Shown: positions 22,284-37,190, counted from the first letter of the stretch. The stretch: 64,000 bases of DNA from Octopus vulgaris (GCA_951406725.2 OX597817.1:15624001-15688000), one strand, 5' to 3'. Numbers and translations are program-made. Notes: generated from the letters alone by a model not told the origin.

Positions 22284-25200
22284 ATTTGTCTTTTACTTTA
22301 CATTTGCACAAGTTTGCTCCAAGTCTCACCCAGAGACCTCAAGAGACAACAAGTTGGAAGTTCGCGTTGGTGTTATACCTAGGGTGCCATATATTTGGTT
22401 TTGTACTTAGTGTTGTACTAGTGAATGTCTAAAAAAACATACTAAAATTATGTTTGTTTTTAAACTTGAGATTACATAGAAAGTATTTTGTGTAGGATAT
22501 GAGCAGTTCCCATGAACACTATCTTTTGACTTTCTGCAATTTTGGGGTTTCCTGGTATCTGAGTTAGGTAGTAATCAGCCCCTTTTGCTATCATTCCCAT
22601 GGCACCTATGACAACAGGTATTGTTTTAGTCTTTAGGTTCCACATTTTGCTGATTTCTATTTCCAGATCTTTATATTTGCTCAGTTTCTGGTAGGTCTTG
22701 ACAGATACGTTTATATCGATTGGGACAGTCATATCAATGAGGAGGCATGTTTTTTGTCTGAAGTCTTTTACTATGATGTCTGGCCCATTCGCATCTATCT
22801 TTCTGTCAGTTTGAATGCTGAAGTTCCAGAGGAGTGAGATGTGGTCATTTTCAAGCACTGGAGGTGGTTTGTGTTCCCACCAGTTTTTATCATGGAGCAA
22901 ATCCAGGCTTTTGCAAATTACCCAGTGAATATATTGTGCAGCTCTATCGTGCCTGTTGAGATACTCTGGTGGAGACAATATGATAAAAGATCTCATTTTG
23001 TTGTTGGGCTACTGCCGTTCTTTAATATGTTAGCCTGATAGTTCCTTGTAGGTGGGCATTGATCTTGAGCTGCTATGATAAACCCTTCTGTTTCAGATTT
23101 TAAGCTAGAGGCAATTAACCATTGGTGGGTCAGGGCTTTGTCAACATCTGAATTATTCGCTCTCTTTGGGTATTTGCCATTGAGAGGTTTTTCTTGCCAT
23201 TTATCATTCAGAATATCTAAGGCAGCAGTTTTAGCACGGGTTTTCATGCGCTTAGCTTTTTCTGTGCTTGTTTCTTGGATGTCTAATTCCGAAATTTGTT
23301 GTATTCGGAATTCATTTAGATATTCCTTTGCCTGTTTTGTTACTGAGTATGATGCTTTCTTGTTTTCATGTTTTGGGACAAGTTTTAACATCCAGTCCTC
23401 AGAGATTTTCAGGTAGGTGTCTGGGCCAATTGTAGCAATCTTCATTGTTATTGCCAGTTGTAAAAGTCCCTCTTTTCTTGGCAGATAAAGTCGTTCTGTA
23501 TCTGCCTTAGGGTGGTGCATTCTATACATTGTCAACAGACTTCGTATTTTTCTGTCAAGATTACATATTTCAGTAATTGACCTGTAAGTCACGATTGGTA
23601 TGGCTAAAGCATTGATCGCTTCAATCCTGTTTCTCGCATTCAGCTCTGTCTTAAGTATTGCTCTTATTCTGCGATAACATTCTCTCCTGATCCTTTCCTT
23701 CATCTATTTCTTTACTACCCTCAAGGGGCTAAACACAGAGGACAAACGGATTAAGTAGATTATATCGACCCCAGAGCGTAACTGGTACTTATTTAATCGA
23801 CCCCGAAAGGATGAAAGACAAAGTCGACCTCGGCGGATTTTGAACTCGGAACGTAACGGCAAACGAAATACGGCTACGAATTTCGCCCGGCGTGCTAACG
23901 TTTCTGCCAGCTCGCCTTTCCTTCATCACTGAATGCCTTATTCCGTCCCCTTCAATTACCCCTATGTACTTGAAGCTCTCCGCTGGGTCTAACTCTTTTA
24001 TGACATTCTTCTGATCAAGGTAAACGTTAGATGTTTCTGTCATTTTTCCTTTGATAAAGGTAGCTTTTGCACATTTATCGAGGCCAAATTGCATTCTGAT
24101 GTCATCACTGAATTGTTTAACAATCGTTCGTAAGCCCTTGAGTTGCTGGTCACTTTTTGCAAAGAGCTTTAAATCATCCATGTAAATGAGATGATTTATA
24201 TTATCATCAAACATTTTATATCCGTACTGCGCGTCATTGAGCAATTTTGAGAGAGGTATTAAGGCTAAACAAAAGAGGAGTGGTGATAGTAAGTCGCCCT
24301 GGAAAATGCCACGTGAAATATTACATCACCAGCATTTAGAGATTCATCGTCACTGTTCAAAGTTAGTGTGGTTCTCCATGATCTCATACTTACAGACAAA
24401 AAGTTTCGCAGAGTAGGCGCTATTTTATACATTTCCAGGCATTTCTTAATCCAGCTATGTGGTAGGCTATCAAAAGCCTTTTTATAGTCTATCCAGGCTA
24501 TTGATAAGTTTTTGTGTCGTTTGTGACAATCTTCTAAGATCATCTTATTGATGAGTAGCTGATCTTTACAACCATAGGATCCATGTTTACATCATTTCTG
24601 TTCATTAGGGAATATGCTGCTGTCTATTAAAAAACTATAGGTATATTCCGTCAGGATAGATGTTAGCGTTTTATACATAGTTGTTAAGCAGGTTATGGGT
24701 CTATAGTTTTTTGGTTCATTTGTTTCTTCACTTTTTGGGAGCAGGAATGTTAAACCATTAACTAGCCAAGCAGGCATCCTACTAGGGTGTTGCAAAACAT
24801 CATTGTAAAGTTCTGTTAGCAGTTCATGGCTCTCTGGGAAGGTATTCAACAAGAAGTTAGGAATTTTATCCTTTCCTGGAGACTTCCATTTGCTTGACCT
24901 CCTGAGAGCAGATCTTACATCTACCTTGACACCCTCCCACTTTTGCTCCACTAAGGAGTACAAGCCCGTAGCTATTCTATCAATCCAAGGGGCCTTTTCG
25001 TTGTGTGTTTTTTCTTCTGCCCAAATTTTATTCCAAAAACCCTGCACTTCTTCTACAGACTTTACAGTAACTACTGTTTTTCCTATCTTCCTGTAAAAAT
25101 TCTTGGGGTTATTTTTGAACATGTTGTTGTCCTTGAAGAATCTAACACGCTTTTCATACCTCGCTATGCGGGCAGCTTTGGCAGATACCTTTTGTTTGAT

Positions 25201-25725
25201 GGTTTCTATGGTGGCATCAATATCAAGTATAGTTTTCATATATTTTTTCTTTAATTTTTGGGTTTTGTAGGTTTGGTAGTCTTGTCAATCTTAAGGTTTT
25301 TCAAACATTCAATGTCAGACCTAAGTAGTTTAATTTGATGTTGGATACGCTCTTGCCAAGTGGGCTTTTTGTGGGAATGTTGCTGTTTTCAAATCTTTTC
25401 CCCACATAGAATCGTTGAGATTTTTGCGGATGCATAGTACAGGTGGTTGAGATCTGTGATATTAACATCATTAGCTGAAATTATATCCTTTATTGCAAAG
25501 CGGAATTTACCAATTATTTTCATATTTTGGTTAGAGTTGCCGATTTTAGGGAGTGTATCGCGTTCATCCATACTGGTTTCTTTAATTTTCAGCCATTCAA
25601 TCATGATTTGATTCTTTAGCTCATGTAGTTCTGTTGGGTCAATATTTGTGTGACTTTCTTCTTCTATTTGATGTTCATCTGTCTTAGTGTTTATGGTTGG
25701 TTCAGTGAGTATTTCAGTGAGTAGT
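22284..25725 (-). mobile_element. degenerate R4/Dong retrotransposon
   Basis: [62 protein letters not shown]; frameshifts. Confidence 0.92.
23705..23914 (-). mobile_element. SINE family M inserted in the R4 RT
   Basis: 13-bp TSD CCTTTCCTTCATC (23692-23704/23915-23927). Confidence 0.9.
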
Positions 25726-25735
25726 TTTATTTTTA

Positions 25736-26056
25736 TAGCGTGCTTTCACTTCACTACCGAGCGCAGCTCTGTGTGCCTTAAGTATGTGCTGTGATTTGTT
25801 GTGATGCTCTGATGGTTATTGTATGGAAAGTGTTCTGCGTAGGATGTGGGCAGTGCCTAGTAGTGCAATTTTCTGTATGTTATATGTGTTTGTAAGTCCT
25901 GGTGTTTTTCTTATGTATTTGTCTGAATATTTTTTTTATCATGCCTAATGCACCTACTATGATAGGAATTGTTTCTGTTTTTAGATTCCACATTCTGTTT
26001 ACCTCTATTTCCAGGTCTTTGTATTTTGAGAGTTTCTCCATTTCTTTTAGAGACAC
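25736..26056 (-). mobile_element. 3' fragment of the 19517-21275 R4 family
   Basis: High identity to 19525-19845; (TTA)n directly adjacent. Confidence 0.88.
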
Positions 26057-26057
26057 A

Positions 26058-26157
<100 letters not shown>

Positions 26158-26399
26158 GCTGCTGCTGCTGTTGTTGTTGTTGTTGTTGTTGTTGTGTTAT
26201 TATAATTATTATTTAAGGATTGATGTTACTCCCCCAGAAGGTAAAGAAACAGTAAGAGTGCGGCTGTTATCGAATTAACAATATTTCAACACTTCGTATG
26301 TCTTCCACAAGTTCAAAATAATCTCCCCAATCGTCTTCATTTTTGTAATATTCAAAGATTGATATTACCAAAATGACTATTATTATCATTATCATATGA

Positions 26400-26618
26400 A
26401 GACACAGCTTATTTTGCTGGGTATGATGGAAAGTATCAGCTGTCCACAGCCAGTAGACTAAGGTGGCACTTGTTTACTGGTCATGCTCCAAGAACACTGC
26501 GAAGAATTCTTGCAGTTCCAAGCAATGCTGATTTTCGTAGGTGTTCTACCTTCACATTTGCACCGATCTTTTTCAACCATGTTGGTAGTGAGTGCAATCT
26601 TTTTCAGCCATCTTGCTA

Positions 26619-26620
<2 letters not shown>
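26400..26620 (-). mobile_element. 3' end of another R4/Dong family
   Basis: KVEHLRKSALLGTARILRSVLGA*. Confidence 0.7.
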
Positions 26621-26681
<61 letters not shown>

Positions 26682-26732
26682 ATTATTATTATTATTATTA
26701 TAATTATTATTATTATTATTATTATTATTATA

Positions 26733-26819
<87 letters not shown>

Positions 26820-26876
26820 TTTTCTTTTCCTTCTTTCAAATTTGCTTCCATTTCTTGCCGAGTGTCTTCCCGACTC

Positions 26877-26909
<33 letters not shown>

Positions 26910-26910
<1 letters not shown>

Positions 26911-27462
26911 GGTTCATACATTCCATAATCGAAGAATGTGGGATCATATCGTATGCTTTACGATAGTCGATCCATGCTATGGCTAAGTTTGTTTTCCTCC
27001 TCTTGCAATTTCTAAGTACAGTTTTGTCTACCAGGAGTTGATCCTTGGTACCTCTGCACTTGCGCTTGCACCCCTTCTGCTTATGTGGCAGGACTCCATT
27101 TCTCCCCAGATGTCCGTACATTGACTGCGACTATTTCAGTTAATAATTTCCACGTAAGTGGCAAGCAGGATATCAGCCTGTAATTGTCTACCGTATTGCC
27201 TTTTTCGATGTTTTTCAAGCACAGTATTGCCCTACCCATTGTCAGCCAATCTGGTGTTACTTGGTCGGCATTTAACAAGGTGTTGAGTTGTTAAGCTATT
27301 CGTAAATGACATTCACGAAATCTTTTGATCCAGTAGCTTTGAACTCCATCTGGTCCTGTGACTTTCCAGTTGCTCATTTTCTGCCGATTTCCTTCACTTT
27401 CTTTACTGAAATGACTAGTTCTGCCTGTTGTGGACAGACTACTGTTTATTTCTTGCAACCAT
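26910..27462 (-). mobile_element. R4/Dong RT fragment
   Basis: [33 protein letters not shown]; NYRLISCLP. Confidence 0.88.
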
Positions 27463-27487
27463 TTATATATATATATTTATATATATA

Positions 27488-27547
<60 letters not shown>

Positions 27548-27753
27548 CAAAAAAGGGTAATAACATAGATTACTACCAGTGGCCCAGCACAAAAGACGAA
27601 TTAGTCATTAGACAAAATATTATTCATATAGAAAAATATTATTCATATAGAAATATAATTAAGGGCTCCTAAATAAGGATGCCAAGTGCTAGGGACACAA
27701 AAAAGGGATAAATTCATCGAGAGTGAAAATCAAAAACATTTACCATTAACGAT

Positions 27754-27837
27754 ACATCCCGGACTGATCAGTTTCTACCTCTTTCTAGCAAAACAGACAG
27801 AATATGTTTCCTAAGGCCGGTTTCATCGGCGAGACGC
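27754..27837 (-). ncRNA. hammerhead ribozyme, core-mutated copy (CCGATGA)
   Basis: Duplicate of 35779-35862 with U4>C. Confidence 0.6.
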
Positions 27838-28122
27838 CTATGTTAAATATATATATATAGTAGAAATATGTGACGAAAAGAAAATATAAAATACACGTGG
27901 AAATGTAAGGGTAAAATATGAAAAATCAACGAAAAAGTATATTGCAGATAGAAAAAGGCTATTTATGACAGGTAGTGACAAATATATACATTTAGATTGA
28001 CTGAGGTAGTAATACGAGTCATAAAGGTCATTATTATGAGATGATTATAAGATGATAATAATAATAATAAAGTAAGAGAACAAAACGAACCAATTGGTTT
28101 ACGCGTAGGCTATTCATCGTTT

Positions 28123-28157
<35 letters not shown>

Positions 28158-28253
28158 TAATACTTTTGTGACCAATAATGACTAGTCTTTGTCGTTTGTT
28201 TTTATTCGATTCGCTTATGTGTGTGTGTGTGTGTTTGCGCGCTTGTTTATACA

Positions 28254-28474
28254 TTTACTCTTGTACTCTTGTACTTGTTTCAGTCATTTGACTGCGGCCA
28301 TGCTGGAGCACCGCCTTTAATCGAGCAACTCGACCCCGGGACTTATTCTTTCGTAAGCCCAGTACTTATCCTATCGGTCTCTTTTGCCGAACCGCTAAGT
28401 AACGGGTACATAAACACACCAGCATCGGTTGTCAAGCAATGCTAGGGGGACAAACACAGACACACAAACACACA

Positions 28475-28529
<55 letters not shown>

Positions 28530-28692
28530 GACGGGCTTCTTTCAGTTTCCGTCCACCAGATCCACTCACAAGGGTTTGGTCGGCCCGAGGCTACTGTAGG
28601 AGACACTTGCCCAAGGTGCCACTCAGTGGGACTGAACCCGGAACCATGTGGTTGGTAAACAAGCTACTTACCACACAGCCACTCCTGCGCCT
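28254..28692 (-). mobile_element. SINE family S
   Basis: Full head to tail. Confidence 0.92.
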
Positions 28693-29118
28693 ATAAATAA
28701 TGTTTTTTTTTATAAATGTGTTCGTGTAAAACTGGAGTGTATATGTAATTAATTAGTTTACGTACTTATGTGTTTGTGACGAATACTTAATCGGATATAG
28801 TACAATATGTACTTACTCTGAGTATTACATACTCAGGTGTAGTCCAGCGCTTTGTCAGTGTGGCGAGCGTATTTACACGTGTTGTGCGAGTAACTGAGGT
28901 GACACACAGTTAGAATACGTCGTTTCATTCGGAAAAAAGAAATAAATTTTAATGAATATTACTTACTCGGGTATAGTCCAACATTTTGTCTGTTATTTTA
29001 GGCTCCATTTGTTGTCTTTATTCTCGATGTTTTTGGATAAATTTCGGAGCCGTGTTTTATCGCTCTTACGTGTTGTTGCTATGAGTAAATGTTGTTGTTG
29101 TTATTATTATTATTATTA

Positions 29119-29174
<56 letters not shown>

Positions 29175-29198
29175 GTTATTGTTGTTGTTGTTGTTGTT

Positions 29199-29981
29199 GA
29201 GTGAAAGAATATGCCATCAAAGTGATACGAAGTCCAACATACCCATCATGATTACCCGTCTGATAAGGGTATACCTATTTCTTTACTACCCACAAGGGGC
29301 TAAACACAGAAGGGACAAACAAGGACAGACATAGGTATTAAGCCGATTACATCGACCCCAGTGCGTAACTGGTACTTATTTAATCGACCCCGAAAGGATG
29401 AAAGACAAAGTCGACCTCGGCGGAATTTGAACCCAGAACATAACGGCAGACGAAATACGGCTACGAATTTCGCCCGGCGTGCTAACGATTCTGCCAGCTC
29501 GCCGCCTTGATAAGGGTATACCTGGCTAATACATCACAGCCACATGTGCGCGACATAGTAATGTCATATCAAAATAGACAGCGCATGACCTTATAGGTGG
29601 GGCCCAGTTAGAACTTGCTTCAGGTTGAGTAATCCATCCCGCTCAAAATGTCCCTGAATAAGAATTGTTTAAAGATGCTGAAGGAAACACTTATGTTTCC
29701 AAAGGTAAATTATCCAAACTACCCAAAGAATCCCTCTCAACACATGACTATCATGCTCTCCCACTACTTCTACTCGTGATCAGAGATGCACATATCGTTA
29801 GCCACCAAGGGACATGCTCAACTGGTTAAAGTCAAGCAACTGACACGCAAATCTGTGGTACTGAGCAGAATATTTGCTGTAGCCCATCTTTTATACCAAG
29901 ACAAAACAATGTACGTGATAACATTTCCAATTAGTTAAGATCAGAAGCCATGAGGGCCACTGCCTGGTACTGCATCAGGGC

Positions 29982-29983
<2 letters not shown>
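29199..29983 (-). mobile_element. ~600-bp non-coding element flanked by (TAA)n, with nested SINE M (29277-29507)
   Basis: Three copies in window; nested SINE has 16-bp TSD TGATAAGGGTATACCT. Confidence 0.8.
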
Positions 29984-30053
<70 letters not shown>

Positions 30054-30066
30054 CATCATTATTATT

Positions 30067-30102
<36 letters not shown>

Positions 30103-30106
30103 ATTA

Positions 30107-30146
<40 letters not shown>

Positions 30147-30189
30147 CATTATTATTATTATTATTATTATTATTCGACAAATGAGTTTC

Positions 30190-30508
30190 ATCTCTTGCAA
30201 CACCTCCGTGTTGCAGAGGTGTGTGCTGCATCGTGTGTTCCTGCTTCTTTTTTTTGGTGGGTGGGTGGGGAGTGCAAACTCTTCTCGGTATTATATTTCA
30301 TCAGTATGTTTTGTTATGGGGTTTGGCTCCATGGACTAAACAGAACAGGAGGACATACGTGGATTGGAAGAGGTCACGGATGTGCGACGAAAGATTTCGA
30401 GGTAATGGACATAAGACAAAATAAGAACAATAATAAACGAATGAACGACGAATATATAGTGCGTGTGTTTATTTGATAAGAAAAATGACCATCCCGAATT
30501 ATAACAAT
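30190..30508. mobile_element. foldback MITE remnant (family of 61925-62329); duplicate at ~38690-39007
   Basis: Right arm aligns to 62140-62329 and ends TATAACA. Confidence 0.6.
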
Positions 30509-30768
30509 AAATTAACACCATTTCTGATATAATAATTAACAATAACAATTTAGCTAATGAGACAAAACACAAACACTATATTTAGATATAAATTTGACAC
30601 TTGTTTTTGTAAATACGTATACAATATTTTAAATTCTCCCATTATATTGTAATCAGCCCAATTTATCGTAAATTATCTGAAAAAATAATTCTTTTAAAGC
30701 GATAAAAATACATATCTAAGTAAAATATACATAATTGTAGTAAAATAATTCAGTATTTAAAATAATTT

Positions 30769-31239
<471 letters not shown>

Positions 31240-31449
31240 TGTATTGAATTGGCCCAAGTGATAAAGGAAATAGAATACGAAAAATATCTAAATAACAAAA
31301 ATAAACACGAATCCACTTTCGGCTTCCATAGTGTGAGGATGGAGAAAAAACAAGTCTTCCGTAATCTGGCCATTCATCGTTACTGCTTAGATTTCTACCA
31401 TCTCTCTCTCTCTCTCTCTCTCTCTCCCTCTCTCCTATTCCCTTTTGAT

Positions 31450-31824
31450 GGAAGCACTCCGTCGGTTACGACGATGAGGGTTCCGGTTGATCCGAATCAA
31501 CGGAACAGCCTGCTCGTGAAATTAACGTGTAAGTAGCTGAGCACTCCACAGACACGTGTACCTTTAACGTAGTTCTCGGGGATATTCAGCGTGACACAGA
31601 GAGTGACAAGGCCCGCCCTTTGAAATACAGGTACAACAGAAACAGGAAGTAAGAGTGAGAGAAAGTTGTGGTGAAAGAGGATCACCACCATCCCCTGCCG
31701 GAGCCTCGTGGAGCTTTAGGTGTTTTCGCTCAATAAACACTCACAACGCCCGGTCTGGGAATCGAAACCGCGATCCTACGACCGCGAGTCCGCTGCCCTA
31801 ACCACTGGGTCATTGCGCCTCCAC
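31450..31824 (-). mobile_element. SINE family T
   Basis: Reverse complement of 12497-12876. Confidence 0.92.
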
Positions 31825-32276
31825 ATTTCTACCATCACTTCTGCAATGACCCATACAAGGTCAAGTCTTAAACGTAGCTATTTATGGTCCACAACCAGAA
31901 CTACAACTGTTATCATCATTATAAGCTGTGACGATAGAAACTAATTGTTGTAGCAACAATAACAGCAAAATTACATAAACATAACGACCAACCAGCACAT
32001 TAAAATCTGTCACGGTAGAAGCAGTAAATATCACGACCAACCTGTCAAAAAAATAATAATAAATGGGAAACAGATTTCTCTCAAATCACATCCTAACGTC
32101 GTAAGCGCGGAAACATTCGTGGGTGACTATAATGCTATATTAACTGTCTAAAAGTACGAAATAGTCTTGCTGGAAGGCATTTCAACATAGATCAACACAA
32201 TCACAAAGGTGTCAATATATTCTCACTTTACACAGCTGTTTCTATTCGTAAGTCATACCTATCATCACTTTCATAA

Positions 32277-33247
32277 CACAATGTAACTCATGTTTTGTTT
32301 ATTTGTATTTTTTAATGTTCATACTATATACATTTTTTTGCTACTAAATTCATAAATCCCATTCATTTTGATAGTTATTTATTTATTCCTAATTTCATAT
32401 TTGCTCGTTATATTTGTAACTTTTCTCTACAGCACTTTGTTGGTGCAATCTATTCTAGAATTGTAAGGATAATTACACAACACTTAGTACATTTTCATAT
32501 ATTGAAAGGTATTTAGGAAGTATAATATTAGTCATAACAAAAAGAAACAATAAAACTCTGCACTGTAAATGCCTTGATAACTCTTTTCTTAAGATGAGAA
32601 GTGCTTTGACGATCGAGATTTTCTGGAGTGTATACCTTAATCTCTTCTGACTAGAGACCATATATAATCTCCCATCATAGCAGTATCCCATCGTCCTTGG
32701 TATCTTCTCTCCATAGTTGCGATGTCCTGATGAAATCTTTCACCAAGCTCCTTACTGACATCACCCAAGTTTTCGGGGAAAAATCTAGGTGAGAGTGCAA
32801 AAAATGAACCTTTAAAGACATACGACAACCCATTTTCTTGAAGCTTTGATACCAGCTGTTTGTAATTAGGATCCTTGTGATTTCCTAGAAATTCACAAAC
32901 TACATCACGAAATGCACACCAAGCTTCTTTTTCAACTTTTGTCATCGCTCTTTCCAGTTTCTTCGACATTAACATTGCATTTACTTGAGGCCCAACAAAT
33001 ATGCCACCCTTGATCTTAGCCTCAGATAGCTTCTCCGCAAAAATCTAAGGCCTTCACAAACTGTTTTACTAATTCGAGTTTGTTATGAAGTGGGGTTAAT
33101 AAGATTTTATTGGAATCTACTTGTGGCTGTTTGAGAACATTTAACATTCCTGGCTGCAGTTCCACTCGTGGGGGCCAATGTACTCTCTTGTAATGATGAT
33201 CCTCAGCTCTGCTGTTCCATAAGCAAAGGACACATGAATACTTTGTG
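32277..33247 (-). mobile_element. truncated duplicate of the Chapaev3-like transposon
   Basis: Near-identical to 40764-41733; cut at the duplication junction. Confidence 0.85.
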
Positions 33248-33275
33248 AGTGCAATCTTTTTCAGCCATGTTGCTA

Positions 33276-33335
<60 letters not shown>

Positions 33336-33387
33336 ATTATTATTATTATTATTATAATTATTATTATTATTATTATAATTATTATTA

Positions 33388-33442
<55 letters not shown>

Positions 33443-33532
33443 TATTATTACTATTATTATTATTATTATTATTATTTTTTCTTTTCCTTCTTTCAAATTT
33501 GCTTCCATTTCTTGCCGAGTGTCTTCCCGACT

Positions 33533-35180
33533 CAAGCACAGTATTGACCTACTCAAGCACAGTATTGCCCTACCCATTGTCAGCCACCCTGGTGTTACTT
33601 GGTCGGCATTTAACAAGGTGTTGAGTTGTTAAGCTATTCGTAAATGACATTCACGAAATCTTTTGATCCAGTAGCCTTGAACTCCATCTGGTCCTGTGAC
33701 TTTCCAGTTGCTCATTTTCTGCCGATTTCCTTCACTTTCTTTACTGAAATGACTAGTTCTGCCTGTTGTGGACAGACTACTGTTTATTTCTTGCAACCAT
33801 TTAGCATCCTTCTTGTGCTCCTTGCCTTTGCTTCAGATGTCACTGCAAAACCTTTGACTTTCAATGTTATCTGGTATCAACTTTTCATCTGTACACTCTC
33901 CATTTCTTTCTTTCTAGAATCTCTTCTGATCTACTCTGAATAACCTATTCTGCTGGTATCCCTTCATTCTTTGGTCATCTCTTACTATCTTTGCTCTCTT
34001 TGCAACAAGATGTTGTTTCAGTTCCTCCGTTATCTGTTTCATTTCCTCCATTAACACTATTCCTGTGGTAACCCTTCATTCTTTGGTCGTATCTTACAAT
34101 CTTTGCTTTCTTAGCAATGATGCGCTGTTTCATTTCCTCCGCTACTGCTTTCAGGCCCTTTCTTTCAATATCATACTTCCTGTTCAGTGCTCTGTATTTT
34201 TGTTCGCTTTTAAGCTCCCCTTCTCTTTTCGGTCTAACACAGAAATTTCCTTAAAGAGCATATCTAACCCTGCCTGTATTGATCTAATCCATCATGGATC
34301 TTTTCTTTTGTCACTCCTATTATATTATATTGGGGCATCCTGAGATACGTCCTAGATAGATAGATCATATTTCTTTTTCTTGACATCAACGCGCACATTT
34401 TATACTACAACAATACTTGCTGCTTTAATCAAATTATTTGCTTCTGTGATGTTTTTGTTCTGATGCATTTCAGTATTTCATTCACATTTTTCGTTTCTTG
34501 GTTCAATTTCCACTGATCAACCTTTATAAGGTTACAAATAATGTCACTATCGTTCTCCTGTAGCTTTGGTTTTTTTTTCTGTCATGTCACCATTAGTTTT
34601 ATTGTCTTCTTCCAGACCATCTATACGTCTCTCATCGAGCAAGCTGACACTGTTCCTTTCCTGTGGTTTATTAGAGATCTCTGTTTTCTGCTATGACATT
34701 ACTTTTATCAGTAAGAACTATATTTTCATCATTTCTTCTGCTGCTATTTTCCAATACCAGGTTTTTGATAGCTTCGAACTCTACTTCTGTGAACCAACGA
34801 TCTTTTCATATTGCTCTTGCTTGATCACATTATCTCTGTTCCGTGAGTTGAAACACTCTTCTTTCTCTCCATTGATCATACATACGTTGTCGGTATCCCC
34901 AAATTTGAGCACCATTTTCGTCTACAGGGTTGCTCAAGGTAGTAACACTCCATGACCACATCATTTACTTGTTTGTTCCATCTACGCTGTGTGTGCTGGT
35001 CCATTGCTGGATAACGACAGACTGGAACCGGGCCAGTATATCTGAGCCTGCCGGGTGCAACATTGTCACCATCAGGGGCTTCAGCTTCATTACCACCGTT
35101 ATTCACAATATTTTGTTTTTTCATTGTCACTCATATGAGGTAGCAATTATCAGGTTGCGCAATTACCAGTGTTTTTATAG
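33533..35180 (-). mobile_element. R4/Dong 5' half
   Basis: QRRWNKQVNDVVMECYY N-terminal motif; continuous with the RT fragment shared with 26910-27462. Confidence 0.85.
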
Positions 35181-35522
35181 TGACACCATCACTAAATATA
35201 TTATCGATCAGGACATGGGGAGATTCCAACCGCTTCCTTTCATTATTATTATTATTATCGTTACTGATATTATGATTTTCATCTTTTACTATTTGCCATT
35301 GTTAATATTTCCTCTGATCTGACATGAGTTTTGGCTAATTGTCATTAACACTTTCGTGTTAGTGCTAGGCTCCGGGTCTTATCCGTTAGCATAGACAATT
35401 TGATAGACCACCGCTTCTATAATTATAAACAAATAAATGTAGTCAAACGAAACAAAGAAACAAGCAAAAAGCTAATATCCACCCCTTTTTTCTGTGTGGG
35501 TATATATTTGTTTAATGTCGTG

Positions 35523-35572
<50 letters not shown>

Positions 35573-35778
35573 CAAAAAAGGGTAATAACATAGATTACTA
35601 CCAGTGGCCCAGCACAAAAGACGAATTAGTCATTAGACAAAATATTATTCATATAGAAAAATATTATTCATATAGAAATATAATTAAGGGCTCCTAAATA
35701 AGGATGCCAAGTGCTAGGGACACAAAAAAGGGATAAATTCATCGAGAGTGAAAATCAAAAACATTTACCATTAACGAT

Positions 35779-35862
35779 ACATCCCGGACTGATCAGTTTC
35801 TACCTCTTTATAGCAAAACAGACAGAATATGTTTGCTAAGGCCGGTTTCATCAGCGAGACGC
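35779..35862 (-). ncRNA. type I hammerhead ribozyme, core motifs intact
   Basis: GCGTCTCG-CTGATGA-stem II-GAAA-CTGATCAG-TC-CGGGATGT; 8-bp stem I; perfect palindrome ACTGATCAGT as stem III. Confidence 0.75.
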
Positions 35863-36147
35863 CTTTGTTAAATATATATATATAGTAGAAATATGTGACG
35901 AAAAGAAAATATAAAATACACGTGGAAATGTAAGGGTAAAATATGAAAAATCAACGAAAATGCATATTGCAGATAGAAAAAGGCTATTTATGACAGGTAG
36001 TGACAAATATATACATTTAGATTGACTGAGGTAGTAATACGAATCATAAAGGTCATTATTATGAGATGATTATAAGATGATAATAATAATAATAAAGTAA
36101 GAGAACAAAACGAACCAATTGGTTTACGCGTAGGCTATTCATCGTTT

Positions 36148-36212
<65 letters not shown>

Positions 36213-36308
36213 TAATACTTTTGTGATCAATAATGACTAGTCTTTGTCGTTTGTTTTTATTCGATTCGCTTATGTGTGTGTGTGTGTGTTTGCGCGCTTG
36301 TTTATACA

Positions 36309-36537
36309 TTTACTCTTGTACTCTTGTACTTGTTTCAGTCATTTGACTGCGGCCATGCTGGAGCACCGCCTTTAATCGAGCAACTCGACCCCGGGACTTA
36401 TTCTTTCGTAAGCCCAGTACTTATCCTATCGGTCTCTTTTGCCGAACCGCTAAGTAACGGGTACATAAACACACCAGCATCGGTTGTCAAACAATGCTAG
36501 GGGGACAAACACAGACACACAAACACACAAACACACA

Positions 36538-36581
<44 letters not shown>

Positions 36582-36747
36582 TACGACGGGCTTCTTTCAG
36601 TTTCCGTCTACCAAATCCACTCACAAGGCTTTGGTCGGCCCGAGGCTACAGTAGAAGACACTTGCCCAAGGTGCCACGCAGTGGGACTGAACCCGGAACC
36701 ATGTGGTTGGTAAACAAGCTACTTACCACACAGCCACTCCTGCGCCT
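36309..36747 (-). mobile_element. SINE family S (duplicate of 28254-28692)
   Basis: Sequence identity. Confidence 0.92.
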
Positions 36748-37190
36748 ATAAATAATGTTTTTTTTTAACGTGTTCGTGTAAAACTGGAGTGTATATGTAA
36801 TTAATTAGTTTACGTACTTATGTGTTTGTGACGAATACTTAATCGGATATAGTACAATATGTACTTACTCTGAGTATTACTTACTCTGAGTATTACTTAC
36901 TCAGGTGTAGTCCAGCGCTTTGTCAGTGTGGCGAGCGTATTTACACGTGTTGTGCGAGTAACTGAGGTGACACACAGTTAGAATACGTCGTTTCATTCGG
37001 AAAATAGAAATAAATTTTAACGAATATTACTTACTCGGGTATAGTCCAACATTTTGTCAGTTATTTTAGGCTCCATTTGTTGTCTTTATTCTCGATGTTT
37101 TTGGATAAATTTCGGAGTCGTGTTTTATCGCTCTTACGTGTTGTTGCTATTGTTGTTGTTGTTGTTATTATTATTATTATTATTATTATT

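Noticed and set aside
29940-29983. Hammerhead/HDV ribozyme at the 5' end of the (TAA)n-flanked element
   Set aside because: CTGATGC rather than CTGANGA, no GAAA partner, and no P1/P1.1 could be formed.
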